From: Ignavibacteria bacterium
GTDB lineage: Bacteria; Bacteroidota; Ignavibacteria; Kapaibacteriales; UBA2268
Direction of reading: 5' to 3'
Length of the DNA: 64,000 bases
NCBI GenBank assembly: GCA_037440445.1
Contig: JBBIUA010000003.1
Location: forward strand, 128,040 to 192,039
Shown here: positions 18,559 to 31,289 of the stretch, piece by piece
How the letters are laid out: the number at the start of each line of letters is the position of its first letter
Position numbering within the stretch: position 1 is the first letter of the stretch
Translations under genes and position numbers: made by a program
Notes under the pieces: generated by a model
Seen by the model: the letters and a program-made list of their open reading frames with translations, nothing else
The model's database searches: none
What the model was told of the DNA's origin: nothing

Positions 18559-21441
18559 TTATTTTACTACTAAAAAAAGCTTTTGCTTAAGTTCTTCCCC
18601 AATTTGAATTTGGAAAATGTAAGAACCTGAAGACAATCCTTGAAATGCCTCATCTAAACTAATGATATTCAATCCTGTTTCAAGATGAACATCTTTCTGC
18701 CAAAAAATTCTATTAAGCATATCGAGTATTTTAATTCGTGCAGTTCCAAACTCATTCGTAGTTAACTTAATCTCATTAGCCGTTTCGTTTGATATTATTT
18801 CTGGTATACCAACTTTCAATCCATAATAATCATTTCCCACACTTAAAGTAGTATCTACTAAACCCACGAAAATATTATCGAACCAGACCGTTCCCGAATG
18901 TGCACGGAATAAACAATAAACTGTAGCATAAGCAAGGGGTTTCTCTGGGTAATAAATTGTTTCGGAATATTCCCAATCGTGAGTTCCTGTTGAAAACTTT
19001 GTAATTCGACCGTACCAAGGTGTTCCATCGGTGTAGTATGCATCAACATAAATGGAGTAATTTTGGTCTGATGTTCCTGAAACATTCTCTGCTTTCGACC
19101 AACCTGAAACTTTCAGAGGCAGAATAGTATTATTAGGAAAATAAATAGTTACATACATCCCGCCGGAATCCTGCTCGGTTTTGTTGACAAACTTTACGCA
19201 TCGGTTTAAATGTTGGGCATTAGTTGGAATTGTATCATACTCAAAATCCGACACATTTTTTCTTATGTATAATCTCCAAGAGTCTGGAATTTGATCGAAA
19301 TCTACATCATATTCAAAACTGAAATTAGGAACAAGGTTAGTTGTATCCACATTTTCTATTTCAACAGGAGCGTATCCAACTGAAAACAGTCCAGTCGTCG
19401 AAAAAACAACAAAAGGTATTGTAAGATTTTTGAAAATACCTCCAGCGGGAAGTACAATCTGTCCCGTAAATTCCGAAAAATTAGAATTTGCTGGGGTTCC
19501 ATCGTTCTTCAATTCCAAATCGTAAGGAACACCTATTTTTGTCAAATCAGCAATTACATACAGAGGTAAAGAAGCATTCGATTTGAATAAATCGGACGAT
19601 GAATCGGCTGCTTGAACTGAAAATTCAAACTGAACTTGGCTTGGATTTATTGATTTAATTTTTGCAATAGGATTTCGCCAAATCGGTGACATCAATATCG
19701 GCTCTTCTCCCTCATTCTTCAAAATTATCTTTGCACTATGAGGTAGCAAAAGTGAATCGCTTTTAATTGTATATAACGTTCCCCCGCTAATTGTTAAAGC
19801 ACTATCGACCATCACCTGGTTTTTTCCGTTAATTTCTGGTAGAACAATGGTATCGTTCGCATTAGGGTTAACATATACAATGCATTTTTCAAACCCCCGA
19901 GAATAATAACTTTTACCAAAATTATCGAGTCTTAGTAAATCATCAATCGAGTTCGTTGCATTTGTGATTGGTTTACCTGTAAGAATATCGAATTCTGGAA
20001 AATGAGCAAAAGTTTGATAATTTGTAGCATTTCCAAAAACAGAATTTGTATCGGCAACTAACAAATAGGAAGCGGTAACAAATAGCCTTGGTTCGGGGCT
20101 AAAATCCTTAATTCCACCCAAAGGAACCCACATCCTACCATAATCGTATTGACACCTCAACCCAAGTTCGCAAGCAGTTTTCCAATTTGATAAGGAACTA
20201 TATCCTGCCCAATGAGAATAAACAAAACCCTCGTACATTGCTCCATCGACATAATTGAGTGCTTCTAAACTCGGTGTTGCTAATCCATTATATATTATCA
20301 TTTTGTCGTCACAAGCTTTTCTTAACTCTTTGAAGAAATCAAAAAAACTTTCGAACCAAAGGTTCTCATCATAGTCCACAGGAGGATATGCATCTGGCCA
20401 TAAACTCCAAATTCGGTAGCCAGCATCGTCGACAAATACTCCATTATACCCTTGCGAAAATGCTTTCAAAACTTGTTCTATATAATTTTCCCGCCACATA
20501 TTACTCACAATGTTCATAAAATAGAACTTATATGTTGGATTTATGCAACGATTGTTAATATTCCCAAGCCATGAACCCTCTTTTGGATAACGATACATTT
20601 TCCCATCCTTAAAACAAACGAGATAAACCTCGTAACCAGTTTCTAAACCATTGATTAAAAGTTGATTAATGGAAATTGTATCTAAATCATAAGAAAATAC
20701 AAATTTCTCATTTTCGGAAAATTTATTATCGTGGGAAAGATCAACATAAACCCACACACTGTCCGGGTAGACTTTCGATAGGAGTAGAAATTTATAATCT
20801 AAGTAGGCATTATTGGAAATTGCCTCACGTTTTAAAGACAAAGGAATATAAATAGGTATGTTATCCTCGTAAAATAATTTTAAGACAAAACTATAATCGA
20901 TTTCTATCGTGTCGTCCAGAACTGTTTTCAATCGAACAAAACGGGCAGATTTTGGTAAAGAAATATTCAGTTCTGTCCCATCTACCAGAGTATCTGTCGG
21001 ATAATTAACATTTGTTGAATCGAACCCCCAATAAAGACGATATTTAACATTACCAGGAGTAAAACGGCGGTCGTGCATCCATTTGAATTTCCAATTGTGG
21101 TCATAAGTAATTGTTAAGCAAGAAGGTTCCGAAGAATGAAGAAATAGAAATTCTTGCAAGTTCATTTTGTTATACTCAGAAAGGTATGTATTCAAAGCAA
21201 CAAGGTCTTTGTAGTAAAGAATTGGATAATCTTTGTCGAAGGACCGAATGAACGCTCGTTCTTTCTGTTGTGCTTCGTCGAGAAAGATAAATCTTTTATG
21301 TGCAAGTTTGGTAAGGAAAAAATCAGATTTTATAGCAGAGTAATTGACAAGATAAGATTTTAAAAAATGCGAGCGGTAGTCATTTGGCAAAGAATAAAGA
21401 TTGACTATTGAAAGAAATAATAAAATAAATAAAAGTTGCAT
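18559..21441 (-). CDS. Large secreted protein, putative glycoside-hydrolase-like TIM-barrel domain, T9SS C-terminal sorting domain
   Basis: Signal peptide. The central region GYNGVFVDDAGYRIW...YNGLATPSLEALNYVDGAMYEGFVY...GRMWVPLGG resembles GH-like TIM barrels. The C-terminus ...LSSGSYIFQIQIGEELKQKLFLVVK is CTD-like. Strong SD AGGAGGGAG precedes the ATG at 21441. The family call is weak. Confidence 0.35.
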   Translation of the reverse strand: MQLLFILLFLSIVNLYSLPNDYRSHFLKSYLVNYSAIKSDFFLTKLAHKRFIFLDEAQQKERAFIRSFDKDYPILYYKDLVALNTYLSEYNKMNLQEFLFLHSSEPSCLTITYDHNWKFKWMHDRRFTPGNVKYRLYWGFDSTNVNYPTDTLVDGTELNISLPKSARFVRLKTVLDDTIEIDYSFVLKLFYEDNIPIYIPLSLKREAISNNAYLDYKFLLLSKVYPDSVWVYVDLSHDNKFSENEKFVFSYDLDTISINQLLINGLETGYEVYLVCFKDGKMYRYPKEGSWLGNINNRCINPTYKFYFMNIVSNMWRENYIEQVLKAFSQGYNGVFVDDAGYRIWSLWPDAYPPVDYDENLWFESFFDFFKELRKACDDKMIIYNGLATPSLEALNYVDGAMYEGFVYSHWAGYSSLSNWKTACELGLRCQYDYGRMWVPLGGIKDFSPEPRLFVTASYLLVADTNSVFGNATNYQTFAHFPEFDILTGKPITNATNSIDDLLRLDNFGKSYYSRGFEKCIVYVNPNANDTIVLPEINGKNQVMVDSALTISGGTLYTIKSDSLLLPHSAKIILKNEGEEPILMSPIWRNPIAKIKSINPSQVQFEFSVQAADSSSDLFKSNASLPLYVIADLTKIGVPYDLELKNDGTPANSNFSEFTGQIVLPAGGIFKNLTIPFVVFSTTGLFSVGYAPVEIENVDTTNLVPNFSFEYDVDFDQIPDSWRLYIRKNVSDFEYDTIPTNAQHLNRCVKFVNKTEQDSGGMYVTIYFPNNTILPLKVSGWSKAENVSGTSDQNYSIYVDAYYTDGTPWYGRITKFSTGTHDWEYSETIYYPEKPLAYATVYCLFRAHSGTVWFDNIFVGLVDTTLSVGNDYYGLKVGIPEIISNETANEIKLTTNEFGTARIKILDMLNRIFWQKDVHLETGLNIISLDEAFQGLSSGSYIFQIQIGEELKQKLFLVVK

Positions 21442-21638
21442 AACTCCCTCCTAAATTTTATTTCAAAAATAATAACTTATTTAAGAAAATTAAATTCAAA
21501 ATTATCAAATAGATTTATGGAAATCTAACAAATAAAATTTACATTAATAAATATTTTACCGAATAAAACTTTATGAATGATAATTCGTCTAAAATATTTA
21601 TAAATAAATGGATTTTCGTAATTTTGTAATTATTTTAA

Positions 21639-23699
<2,061 letters not shown>

Positions 23700-23722
23700 C
23701 CACTTTTTATTTTATTTCAAAA

Positions 23723-23749
23723 GGAGGCATAATTGCCTCCTTTTTTTTT
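23723..23749. terminator. Rho-independent terminator GGAGGC-ATAATT-GCCTCC followed by T9
   Basis: Read directly from the sequence. Lies between convergent gyrB and cdsA. Confidence 0.65.
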
Positions 23750-23761
23750 ACCTCAAATCAA

Positions 23762-24682
23762 CTACTTTGTTAAAGCAAGTAAAATTATGATTAATATTAT
23801 TGAAGGAAAAACAAACAAAATACTATCGAATCGGTCGAGAATTCCCCCGTGACCAGGCAACAATTTTGAACTATCCTTTACATTAAACTCTCTTTTGATT
23901 CGAGATTCTGCAAGGTCACCAATTTGCCCTATAACACCAACAGTCGAAGCAAAAAGAAATTGAAACACCAAAGAAAGTTCAAGATTAAACAAAGTAGAAA
24001 GCCCAAAAAATCCCAATATAGCTCCAAAGTATCCTGCAATAGCCCCTTCCCAAGTTTTCTTTGGGCTTATTGTTGGAGCAAGCTTATGTTTGCCATATGC
24101 TTTCCCAATAAAGTATGCAAAGCTGTCGCATATCCAAATCGTTCCTAAAATCACAAGAAAGAATTTAAAAGACCAAATATTATCAATTGGGTACTTTATC
24201 CCAAATAAGTAATGAGGTTGAGATACATCGCCAAAAGTTCGCAAAAGTCTGAAAAATTCTGGTAAAAAACGAACAGCCAGTAGCGAGCAAAATGAAACTC
24301 CTATCCAAAGCAAACCCAATACAATTAACGAAATTGTAAGCGAAGGATGTGATTGTTTTGTAAAAACCTTAATAAAAAATAGAAACGAAGGGAAAATAGC
24401 CAAAATTAAAAGTAGTAAAATTGCTACATCGAAAGCATCAACCTTTATTTCTGATTGCAATAAAAGATAGAATAAAGTTTGAATCAAAGAAGAAAATATC
24501 AATCCCAAGGTAGAATCGGGTTTTATGTTCGAACTTCTTGGAATCGAATAGAACTCCCATAGAGCAAGATTAGAAAATAAAACCACAACGAAAAAAAACA
24601 CAAACCCACCAAGGTATATAATTCCAATTGAAGCAGGAATTCCAATTAACGCAACCAAAACTCTTTTTGCGAGTTCACTCAT
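23762..24682 (-). CDS. cdsA: Phosphatidate cytidylyltransferase (CDP-diglyceride synthetase)
   Basis: Polytopic membrane protein with the CdsA signatures KKTWEGAIAGYFGAILG and DLAESRIKREFNVKDSSKLLPGHGGILDRFDS. Confidence 0.85.
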   Translation of the reverse strand: MSELAKRVLVALIGIPASIGIIYLGGFVFFFVVVLFSNLALWEFYSIPRSSNIKPDSTLGLIFSSLIQTLFYLLLQSEIKVDAFDVAILLLLILAIFPSFLFFIKVFTKQSHPSLTISLIVLGLLWIGVSFCSLLAVRFLPEFFRLLRTFGDVSQPHYLFGIKYPIDNIWSFKFFLVILGTIWICDSFAYFIGKAYGKHKLAPTISPKKTWEGAIAGYFGAILGFFGLSTLFNLELSLVFQFLFASTVGVIGQIGDLAESRIKREFNVKDSSKLLPGHGGILDRFDSILFVFPSIILIIILLALTK

Positions 24683-24731
24683 AATTTAACTTATTTATTT
24701 TTAGGTTTACATTAAAATTAGTAATTTTATT

Positions 24732-27700
24732 CTATAAATCATCAAAATTTGGAAACCTACCTGGGGTCCAAGGAGCCCCAACCTTGTCCAACTCTTTTTC
24801 GAAAGATGGAATTTCCGCTTCAACAACTTTTTTCAACTTGCTTAATACTTCTTTTAATTCCTCTTTAGCAATTTCAAATGATTTCTTTTGTGTTTCGGTG
24901 GGTTCTTGAGTTGTACTCCAAAGACCCGTAAGAATATAACTCAGTCGTTCGATTATCGAGGGTGGTTGATTCTCATTCAATCGAGCAATTGTCTGATTCC
25001 CAGAAAGTTTCATCTTCAAAGAATCAAGTAGATAGCCAATTTCTCGCAATTTATTCAAACTTGCATCTTCAAATTGGTTCGAGGAAAGAAATGCATTTTT
25101 TATAATCTGAATTTTTTTGGTCGTTTCGTTGAGAAGCGAGTTTGTACCCATCACTGCATTTTGAAGTTTCGCAACTTTTCGTCGAAAATTCAAAAGCGAA
25201 GTCAAATCCTTTGGTGGCAAGGAAAGATTATTCAATAACTTGCATTCAAATTCTACAGGCTTGGTCATTGGTGAAATTTTTCCATCGACGCTTTTGAACA
25301 TTTGTACTTTGTATTTTCCAGGAACAACCGCCATCCCAGAATTATAGTTTAAATTCACACTATCGGAAATTGGTTCAGTATTTGGATAACGTAAATCCCA
25401 AGAGATACGATTAAAACCAGGGCTTGGATTTTTAATAAGAGTTCTAACAATATTTCCGTCGCTATCATAAATTTTAAAAATCAAAAGTGGACTTTGCTCC
25501 AAATCCTCGGATGTAAGTTCTTCAAATGGCGGATAATAAACAGGTTTTCCTTCCTTTTCTATTTCTTTTTCTTTTTCCCTACGAATCTCCTTTCGAGTTT
25601 TAATCTTCTCTTTTAGGTAATAGGTAAAAGTAGCGCCAAATGGGGGATTTTCTGCCCGCCAAAATGAACTACCATTTTCGTATTTAATTCTTGATTCATC
25701 TTCATTATAAATTAAAGCAGGTTTAACAGGGAAAATAACAGCTTCTTTTGATAAAACTTCATCGTTCAAATTCCTAAGGAATGAAATATCGTCCAGAATA
25801 TAAATTCCACGACCAAAAGTTCCTACAACAAGGTCGTTTTCTCGTTTCTGGATTTCAAGGTCCCGCACTGCAATAGTTGGGAAATCGCCAGTGAGTTTAA
25901 GCCAATTCTTTCCTTGGTTTGTGGAAACAAAAAGACCAAACTCAGTACCAACAAACAATAAGTTTGGGTCAATAAAATCCTCGACAATAGTATAAACCGA
26001 GCCATTTAAAGGAAGATTTGAACTAATATTTATCCAAGTCTTGCCTAAGTCAGTAGACTTTAAAACATAAGGTTTAAAATCGGCATTTTTATGGTTATCG
26101 AAAGTAGCATAAATAACATTCTGGTTATGGTTGGAAGCAAATAAATCGCTAACATATGTAGTTTCGGGGACGAAGGGAAACTTATCGATTTTACGCCAAG
26201 TATTTCCACCATCGGTTGTTATTTGAATCAAACCATCATCAGTTCCAACAATAAGCAAATTTTCATTCAAGGGAGATTCAGCAAGCGAAACAATGTTCCC
26301 ATAAAAGGAAGTAGAAGCATTCTTAGCAACAGCATCGGGTCCCCAAATTTTGCCCATTACAGGAAGTTTATTCCTATCTATTTGGCGAGTCAAATCCCCG
26401 CTGATTGCTTTCCAACTTTGCCCTTGGTCGTCGCTACGAAACACTTTATTTGAAGCAATATATAATCTAGTTGGTGAATGAGTACTTAACAACAAAGGAG
26501 TATCCCAATTCCATCGTAAAGCTTCGCCTTTTTCAGGCTGCGGTTGAATATAGTACACCTCTCCACTTTTCCTATCGTAACGAACCAAATTCCCATATTG
26601 CCACATTGCATAAACAATATTAGTATTTCTGGGGTCAACTTGGGCTTTGTAGCCATCGCCGCCTACAACAAGGTACCAGTCCTCGTTTGTTATTCCCCCT
26701 CTGGAAGTTGTTCTCGAGGGTCCACCCCAAGTATTGTTGTCCTGCGTTCCTCCATAAACAAAGTAAAAAGGTTCAGTGTTGTCGCAAGTTATTCTATAAA
26801 ATTGTCCAGTGGGGATATTTGCAAAGAATCTCCAAGTTGAACCATTGTCAAAGGTTTCATATAACCCGCCATCTCCACCAACCATAAAATGCTTTGTGTT
26901 ATCGGGGTCAATCCAAACTGCATGGTCATCGACGTGGCGATTGTTATTTGGAACTTTTTGTAAAGTTTTGCCACCATCTTCAGTAACTCTTAAATAAGTG
27001 TCGATAAAGAAAACTCTCTCGGGGTTTTTAGGGTCGCAAAAAACTTCGTGATAATATTGTGCTGAGCCAGAAAACCAAGAATTTCGCTTTTCCCACGAAG
27101 CACCGCGGTCAGTGGAACGATAAATTCCCCCTTTTCCATCATTCCCTTCAATTATTGCATAAATATAATCAGGATTTGCTGGGGAAATTCCCAACCCTAT
27201 TCTTCCAAGTTCACCAGTGGGTAAACCATTTTCGAGTTTTTCCCAACTATTTCCCCCATCAGTTGTTTTATAAATTGCAGCCTCTGGACCACCATTAATC
27301 AATGTCCAAACATGTCTTCTCCTTTGATAAGTTGCACAATAGAGAACATCAGGATTTCGAGGATCCATTACAACATCGGTAACTCCAGTATTTTCACTAA
27401 TTTTCAATACCTGTTGCCAACTTTGCCCTCCATCAGTCGTTTTATATAAGCCTCGGTCACCGCCCGGACCCCAAAGGGGTCCCTGTGCTGCAACATAAAC
27501 GATATCAGAACTCTTTGGATGAATAATAATTTTTCCGATATGCTCGGAATTTTTGAGACCCATATTTTTCCAGGTTTTACCACCATTTGTTGATTTGTAA
27601 ACACCATCACCCCACGAAACACTTCGTTGGCTGTTATTTTCCCCAGTTCCTACCCAAACAATGTATGGGTTGTTTGGGTCAATTGCCAAGCAACCTATTG

Positions 27701-27995
27701 AAAATGAACCTTCTTTGTCGAAAATTGGGGCAAAAGTTGTGCCTGCATTGGTGGTTTTCCAAACACCTCCGGATGCAAACGATACATAGAACTCGTTTTT
27801 ATTAAATGGGTTAACAGCAATATCGGAAATGCGACCACCAAAAACTGCTGGGCCAATAAGCCGTAATTGAATATTGCTGAAATCAATTATCACAGAATCG
27901 GTTTCATTGGAGTATTTCTTTTCAGGTGGTTTGGCAAAAGAATGATTTACAAGTAAATAGAAAATTAAAAGCGAAATTAACTTAATTTTTAACAT
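24732..27995 (-). CDS. Secreted BNR/Asp-box repeat protein (sortilin/VPS10- or GH74-like double propeller), 1087 aa
   Basis: Signal peptide plus at least 10 S/T-x-D-x-G-x-T/S-W Asp-box repeats (TTDGGQSWQQV, TTDGGNSWEKL, STDRGASWEK, SDDQGQSWKAI, TTDGGNTWRKI, STDLGKTWINI, STNQGKNWLKL). The C-terminal third is coiled-coil-like. Confidence 0.6.
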   Translation of the reverse strand: MLKIKLISLLIFYLLVNHSFAKPPEKKYSNETDSVIIDFSNIQLRLIGPAVFGGRISDIAVNPFNKNEFYVSFASGGVWKTTNAGTTFAPIFDKEGSFSIGCLAIDPNNPYIVWVGTGENNSQRSVSWGDGVYKSTNGGKTWKNMGLKNSEHIGKIIIHPKSSDIVYVAAQGPLWGPGGDRGLYKTTDGGQSWQQVLKISENTGVTDVVMDPRNPDVLYCATYQRRRHVWTLINGGPEAAIYKTTDGGNSWEKLENGLPTGELGRIGLGISPANPDYIYAIIEGNDGKGGIYRSTDRGASWEKRNSWFSGSAQYYHEVFCDPKNPERVFFIDTYLRVTEDGGKTLQKVPNNNRHVDDHAVWIDPDNTKHFMVGGDGGLYETFDNGSTWRFFANIPTGQFYRITCDNTEPFYFVYGGTQDNNTWGGPSRTTSRGGITNEDWYLVVGGDGYKAQVDPRNTNIVYAMWQYGNLVRYDRKSGEVYYIQPQPEKGEALRWNWDTPLLLSTHSPTRLYIASNKVFRSDDQGQSWKAISGDLTRQIDRNKLPVMGKIWGPDAVAKNASTSFYGNIVSLAESPLNENLLIVGTDDGLIQITTDGGNTWRKIDKFPFVPETTYVSDLFASNHNQNVIYATFDNHKNADFKPYVLKSTDLGKTWINISSNLPLNGSVYTIVEDFIDPNLLFVGTEFGLFVSTNQGKNWLKLTGDFPTIAVRDLEIQKRENDLVVGTFGRGIYILDDISFLRNLNDEVLSKEAVIFPVKPALIYNEDESRIKYENGSSFWRAENPPFGATFTYYLKEKIKTRKEIRREKEKEIEKEGKPVYYPPFEELTSEDLEQSPLLIFKIYDSDGNIVRTLIKNPSPGFNRISWDLRYPNTEPISDSVNLNYNSGMAVVPGKYKVQMFKSVDGKISPMTKPVEFECKLLNNLSLPPKDLTSLLNFRRKVAKLQNAVMGTNSLLNETTKKIQIIKNAFLSSNQFEDASLNKLREIGYLLDSLKMKLSGNQTIARLNENQPPSIIERLSYILTGLWSTTQEPTETQKKSFEIAKEELKEVLSKLKKVVEAEIPSFEKELDKVGAPWTPGRFPNFDDL

Positions 27996-28079
27996 ATCAC
28001 TACCTATTGAAAAAGTTAATTACAAAATAATTAAATTATTAATTTTCCGTTTATTTTTTATATTATTTGCTAAAAATAA

Positions 28080-29696
28080 GTGGCTTCGAAGTTACCTTTA
28101 AGGACAAAACTTGCGTTTTGGTATGGAATTATAGTAGCCTTGACGCTTTTAGCCTATGGCTCGTATACGTATTTTTCTGTGTCAAATGAACTTCATAAAA
28201 ATCTCGATGCTTCTATTTCAAAAGTTGTCGCCTCGCTCGATGTAATCCTTTCCAAAGATAATTCTGATATTCGAAATATCCGAAACAGACAAGCCTTACG
28301 ACGCAATCAAGATAAATTTGCTCTTCTAAAGGAATTAGAAGAAATGAGATTCGTCGGCCCAATTCGCCCAACAGTTCAACGTGAGAAATTTGTCGATGAA
28401 GACCTTGGCGAAATCTGGTCCGCAGTTTACGAACATATACTTTTGAACCCAAAAAATTTCTTCGTTCAAATTGCTGATACGAATAATAATATTGTCTGGC
28501 GTTCGCAAAATCTTCAGAACGATACCCTTCCTACTTTCGTTGGCTTTTCAACTATTACCCATTTCGATACAATATACGTTCCTTTGAAAACCCAAGATTC
28601 TGTCCTTCGTTTAGCTATGGAAAAGCCTCCGATTGCCAAAATCGACTCAATATTGACAACAACAAGAGTATTAAATACTGACATTCGACTTCTTATAAAA
28701 AGAACAGAAAGAGCTGTAATTTCTGTTGGTTATGTTTTGAACGACTTACGAGCCACATTAAATAAACTTTTTATGATTCAATTAATTGCATTGCCCTTTA
28801 TTCTCTTGATTTCAATTGCTGGTGGTTGGATTTTATCAACTTTTTCTTTGAGACCAATAGACCAAATAGCAAAAACTGCCGACGAAATTACTGCAACAAA
28901 CCTTAGTCTTCGACTTCCCCACATCCCAACAAATGACGAAGTTGGGCATTTGACTAAAACATTGAACAGAATGATTGAACGATTGGAACAGGCTTTCAAC
29001 CAAGTCAAAAAGTTCGCATCGGATGCTTCACATGAGTTGAGAACTCCCCTAACAATTTTGCAGGGTGAATTGGAAATTGCTCTTCATTCACGGCGAACCC
29101 CCGAAGAATACGAAGAAATACTTATAAGTGCATTGGAAGAAGTCGGTAGGCTTTCGAACATTGTGGAATCTATTTTGGAACTTTCGCGTGCCGAAACAGG
29201 ACAAATCCCATTAAATATTAAAATGGAAAATATTTCCAAAATAGCCGAAGAAGTTGCTCAAGATATCACCATTATTGCTGAACAAAAAAAAATTTCAATA
29301 ATAAAACGCATAGAACCAAATATCATTGCCCCAATCGACCCTCAACGAATACATCAAGTTCTATTGAATCTACTCGACAATTCAACGAAATACACTCCCA
29401 TTGGCGGAACAATTAGACTTGTTGTACAAAAAAATTCTAACTTCGTTGAGTTAGTTGTCGAAGACAATGGAATTGGAATACCCAAAGAAGACCTTGAGCA
29501 TATATTCGACCGAATGTATAGGGCAAAAAAAGCCGAAAATAACGGTGTCAAAGGTTTTGGTTTGGGGTTATCTATTGTAAAATGGATTGTTGAAGCCCAT
29601 AATGGTAAAATTGATGTTGAAAGTGAAGTCAATAAATTTACTCGCTTTAAAATATTATTGCCACTCGAAGAAATTGAAGAAAATAATAAGGAATAA
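28080..29696 (+). CDS. Sensor histidine kinase (2 TM, HAMP, HisKA, HATPase_c), GTG start, no cognate regulator in window
   Basis: H-box SHELRTPLTILQGELE, N box LLNLLDNSTKYT, G boxes DNGIGIP and GFGLGLSIVK. Two hydrophobic segments flank a ~190-aa periplasmic region. Confidence 0.85.
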   Translation: MASKLPLRTKLAFWYGIIVALTLLAYGSYTYFSVSNELHKNLDASISKVVASLDVILSKDNSDIRNIRNRQALRRNQDKFALLKELEEMRFVGPIRPTVQREKFVDEDLGEIWSAVYEHILLNPKNFFVQIADTNNNIVWRSQNLQNDTLPTFVGFSTITHFDTIYVPLKTQDSVLRLAMEKPPIAKIDSILTTTRVLNTDIRLLIKRTERAVISVGYVLNDLRATLNKLFMIQLIALPFILLISIAGGWILSTFSLRPIDQIAKTADEITATNLSLRLPHIPTNDEVGHLTKTLNRMIERLEQAFNQVKKFASDASHELRTPLTILQGELEIALHSRRTPEEYEEILISALEEVGRLSNIVESILELSRAETGQIPLNIKMENISKIAEEVAQDITIIAEQKKISIIKRIEPNIIAPIDPQRIHQVLLNLLDNSTKYTPIGGTIRLVVQKNSNFVELVVEDNGIGIPKEDLEHIFDRMYRAKKAENNGVKGFGLGLSIVKWIVEAHNGKIDVESEVNKFTRFKILLPLEEIEENNKE

Positions 29697-29698
29697 CC

Positions 29699-30505
29699 TT
29701 ATGGAATTCTTTTTTTAAATTCCTGATACCGTTGGGTGAATAGATTTGCCTCCGTTGGCTGTGGCAAATTATCTCCAGTAATTTTTGAATTTAATTTATC
29801 AATTCTATCTTGACTTAAAGGGTGAGTTGAAAGTAAAACTTCGAGAAATGTGCTCCCTTCGTTCTTTTTTACTTTATCAAAGAAGAAAATTAAAGAACCT
29901 GGATACCATTGCGTAGATTTCAGATATTCGTAAGCGTAGTCATCGGCTTCGTACTCATCGTCGCGGCTATTTTTCAAAAAAGCAAGACCTGCCAACAAAT
30001 TTGCAGCAATTTCAACTGTTTTACTTGGATTTTTCCCTAAAACAATATCAAGAAGAATTCCAACGCCATACATCTTAGTAAGTCGTTGAGTTGCGTGCCG
30101 GCGCTCGCAATGAGCAATTTCGTGGGCAAGAACCCCAGCAAGTGTTGCCTCGTTATCGAGGAATTTCAGTAATCCAGTGTATACATAGATATAGCCACCA
30201 GGAAGAGCAAAAGCATTTACAACATTATCGTTTTTAATAACAGTAACCTGATATTTAAAAGTATTTCTATACTTTATCTTTGGCGAAAGAAGAATCTGGT
30301 TGACAATCCCCTGGCAGTAACTTGTAACTTCAGCATTATTCAACACTGGATACTCATTAGGGTTACTTGCAATCTCCCCTTGAAGTTGCAGGCCTAATTT
30401 AGCATCATCTTCGGGGGAAAAAAGATTCACCCCGTCAGTACATCCAAACAAAAGAATTGTAAAAAAGACAATAAATTGTTTAATAAAAATTGTAACCTTT
30501 TCCAT
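29699..30505 (-). CDS. M48 family zinc metallopeptidase lipoprotein
   Basis: Lipobox LLFGC, then HEIAHCERRH (HExxH) within an M48/Ste24-like context (GYIYVYTGLL, LAGVLAHEIAH). Confidence 0.75.
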   Translation of the reverse strand: MEKVTIFIKQFIVFFTILLFGCTDGVNLFSPEDDAKLGLQLQGEIASNPNEYPVLNNAEVTSYCQGIVNQILLSPKIKYRNTFKYQVTVIKNDNVVNAFALPGGYIYVYTGLLKFLDNEATLAGVLAHEIAHCERRHATQRLTKMYGVGILLDIVLGKNPSKTVEIAANLLAGLAFLKNSRDDEYEADDYAYEYLKSTQWYPGSLIFFFDKVKKNEGSTFLEVLLSTHPLSQDRIDKLNSKITGDNLPQPTEANLFTQRYQEFKKRIP

Positions 30506-30644
30506 TTTATATGACTTTTAACAATTTCCAATTTAAAAATTTATTCGAAAAAAAATTAACAAGAATTACTAAACTCAAAAATTAATGTTAACAAACTAAA
30601 ATCAATCTTCTCTAAATTCGTAAATACTTTTTTCACAATTTAAA

Positions 30645-31238
30645 ATGATAGAATACATTACTTGCTTTTGTGCATCAAGCAATAAAGTCGATAAATTTTA
30701 CCTTGACTCCGCTTATGAATTAGGAGTTATACTTGCCCGCAACCACAAAACTGTAATATATGGTGGTGGAAAAGTTGGCTTAATGGGTCGACTTGCTCAA
30801 GGAGTGTTAGATAATAATGGACAAATCATTGGAGTTATCCCAAAATTTATGCAAAAATACGAGTTGGGACATAACGGAATTACACACCTTATAGAAGTCG
30901 AAACTATGCACCAACGCGAAGAAATAATGCTTACTCGCGCCGACTGCATCATCGCTTTACCAGGGGGATGTGGAACATTCGAGGAACTTCTTCAAGCCAT
31001 TACTTGGAAAAGACTTAAACTTACTTCTGCTCCAATTATTATTGCTAATCTGAAAAATTATTATAACAATTTGATTAAACAACTCAACAAAGCAGTCGAC
31101 GAAAACTTTATGCGAGTTGAGCATCGAAAGTTATGGGATGTTGCCAACTCAATTCCCGAAATTTACAATTTAATTCGGTCGTACGAAGGAAATTCCCAAC
31201 AAATGAAACTTATTGATGTTCAACCTAATGTAACCTAA
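30645..31238 (+). CDS. LOG family protein (TIGR00730; cytokinin riboside 5'-monophosphate phosphoribohydrolase-like)
   Basis: VIYGGGKVGLMG and PGGCGTFEELLQAITW are the LOG Rossmann signatures. Confidence 0.8.
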   Translation: MIEYITCFCASSNKVDKFYLDSAYELGVILARNHKTVIYGGGKVGLMGRLAQGVLDNNGQIIGVIPKFMQKYELGHNGITHLIEVETMHQREEIMLTRADCIIALPGGCGTFEELLQAITWKRLKLTSAPIIIANLKNYYNNLIKQLNKAVDENFMRVEHRKLWDVANSIPEIYNLIRSYEGNSQQMKLIDVQPNVT

Positions 31239-31289
31239 CTGAATCTTATTTCGAACTCTTTCGTAATTTTGATTTGGCGTTCAAATGTA

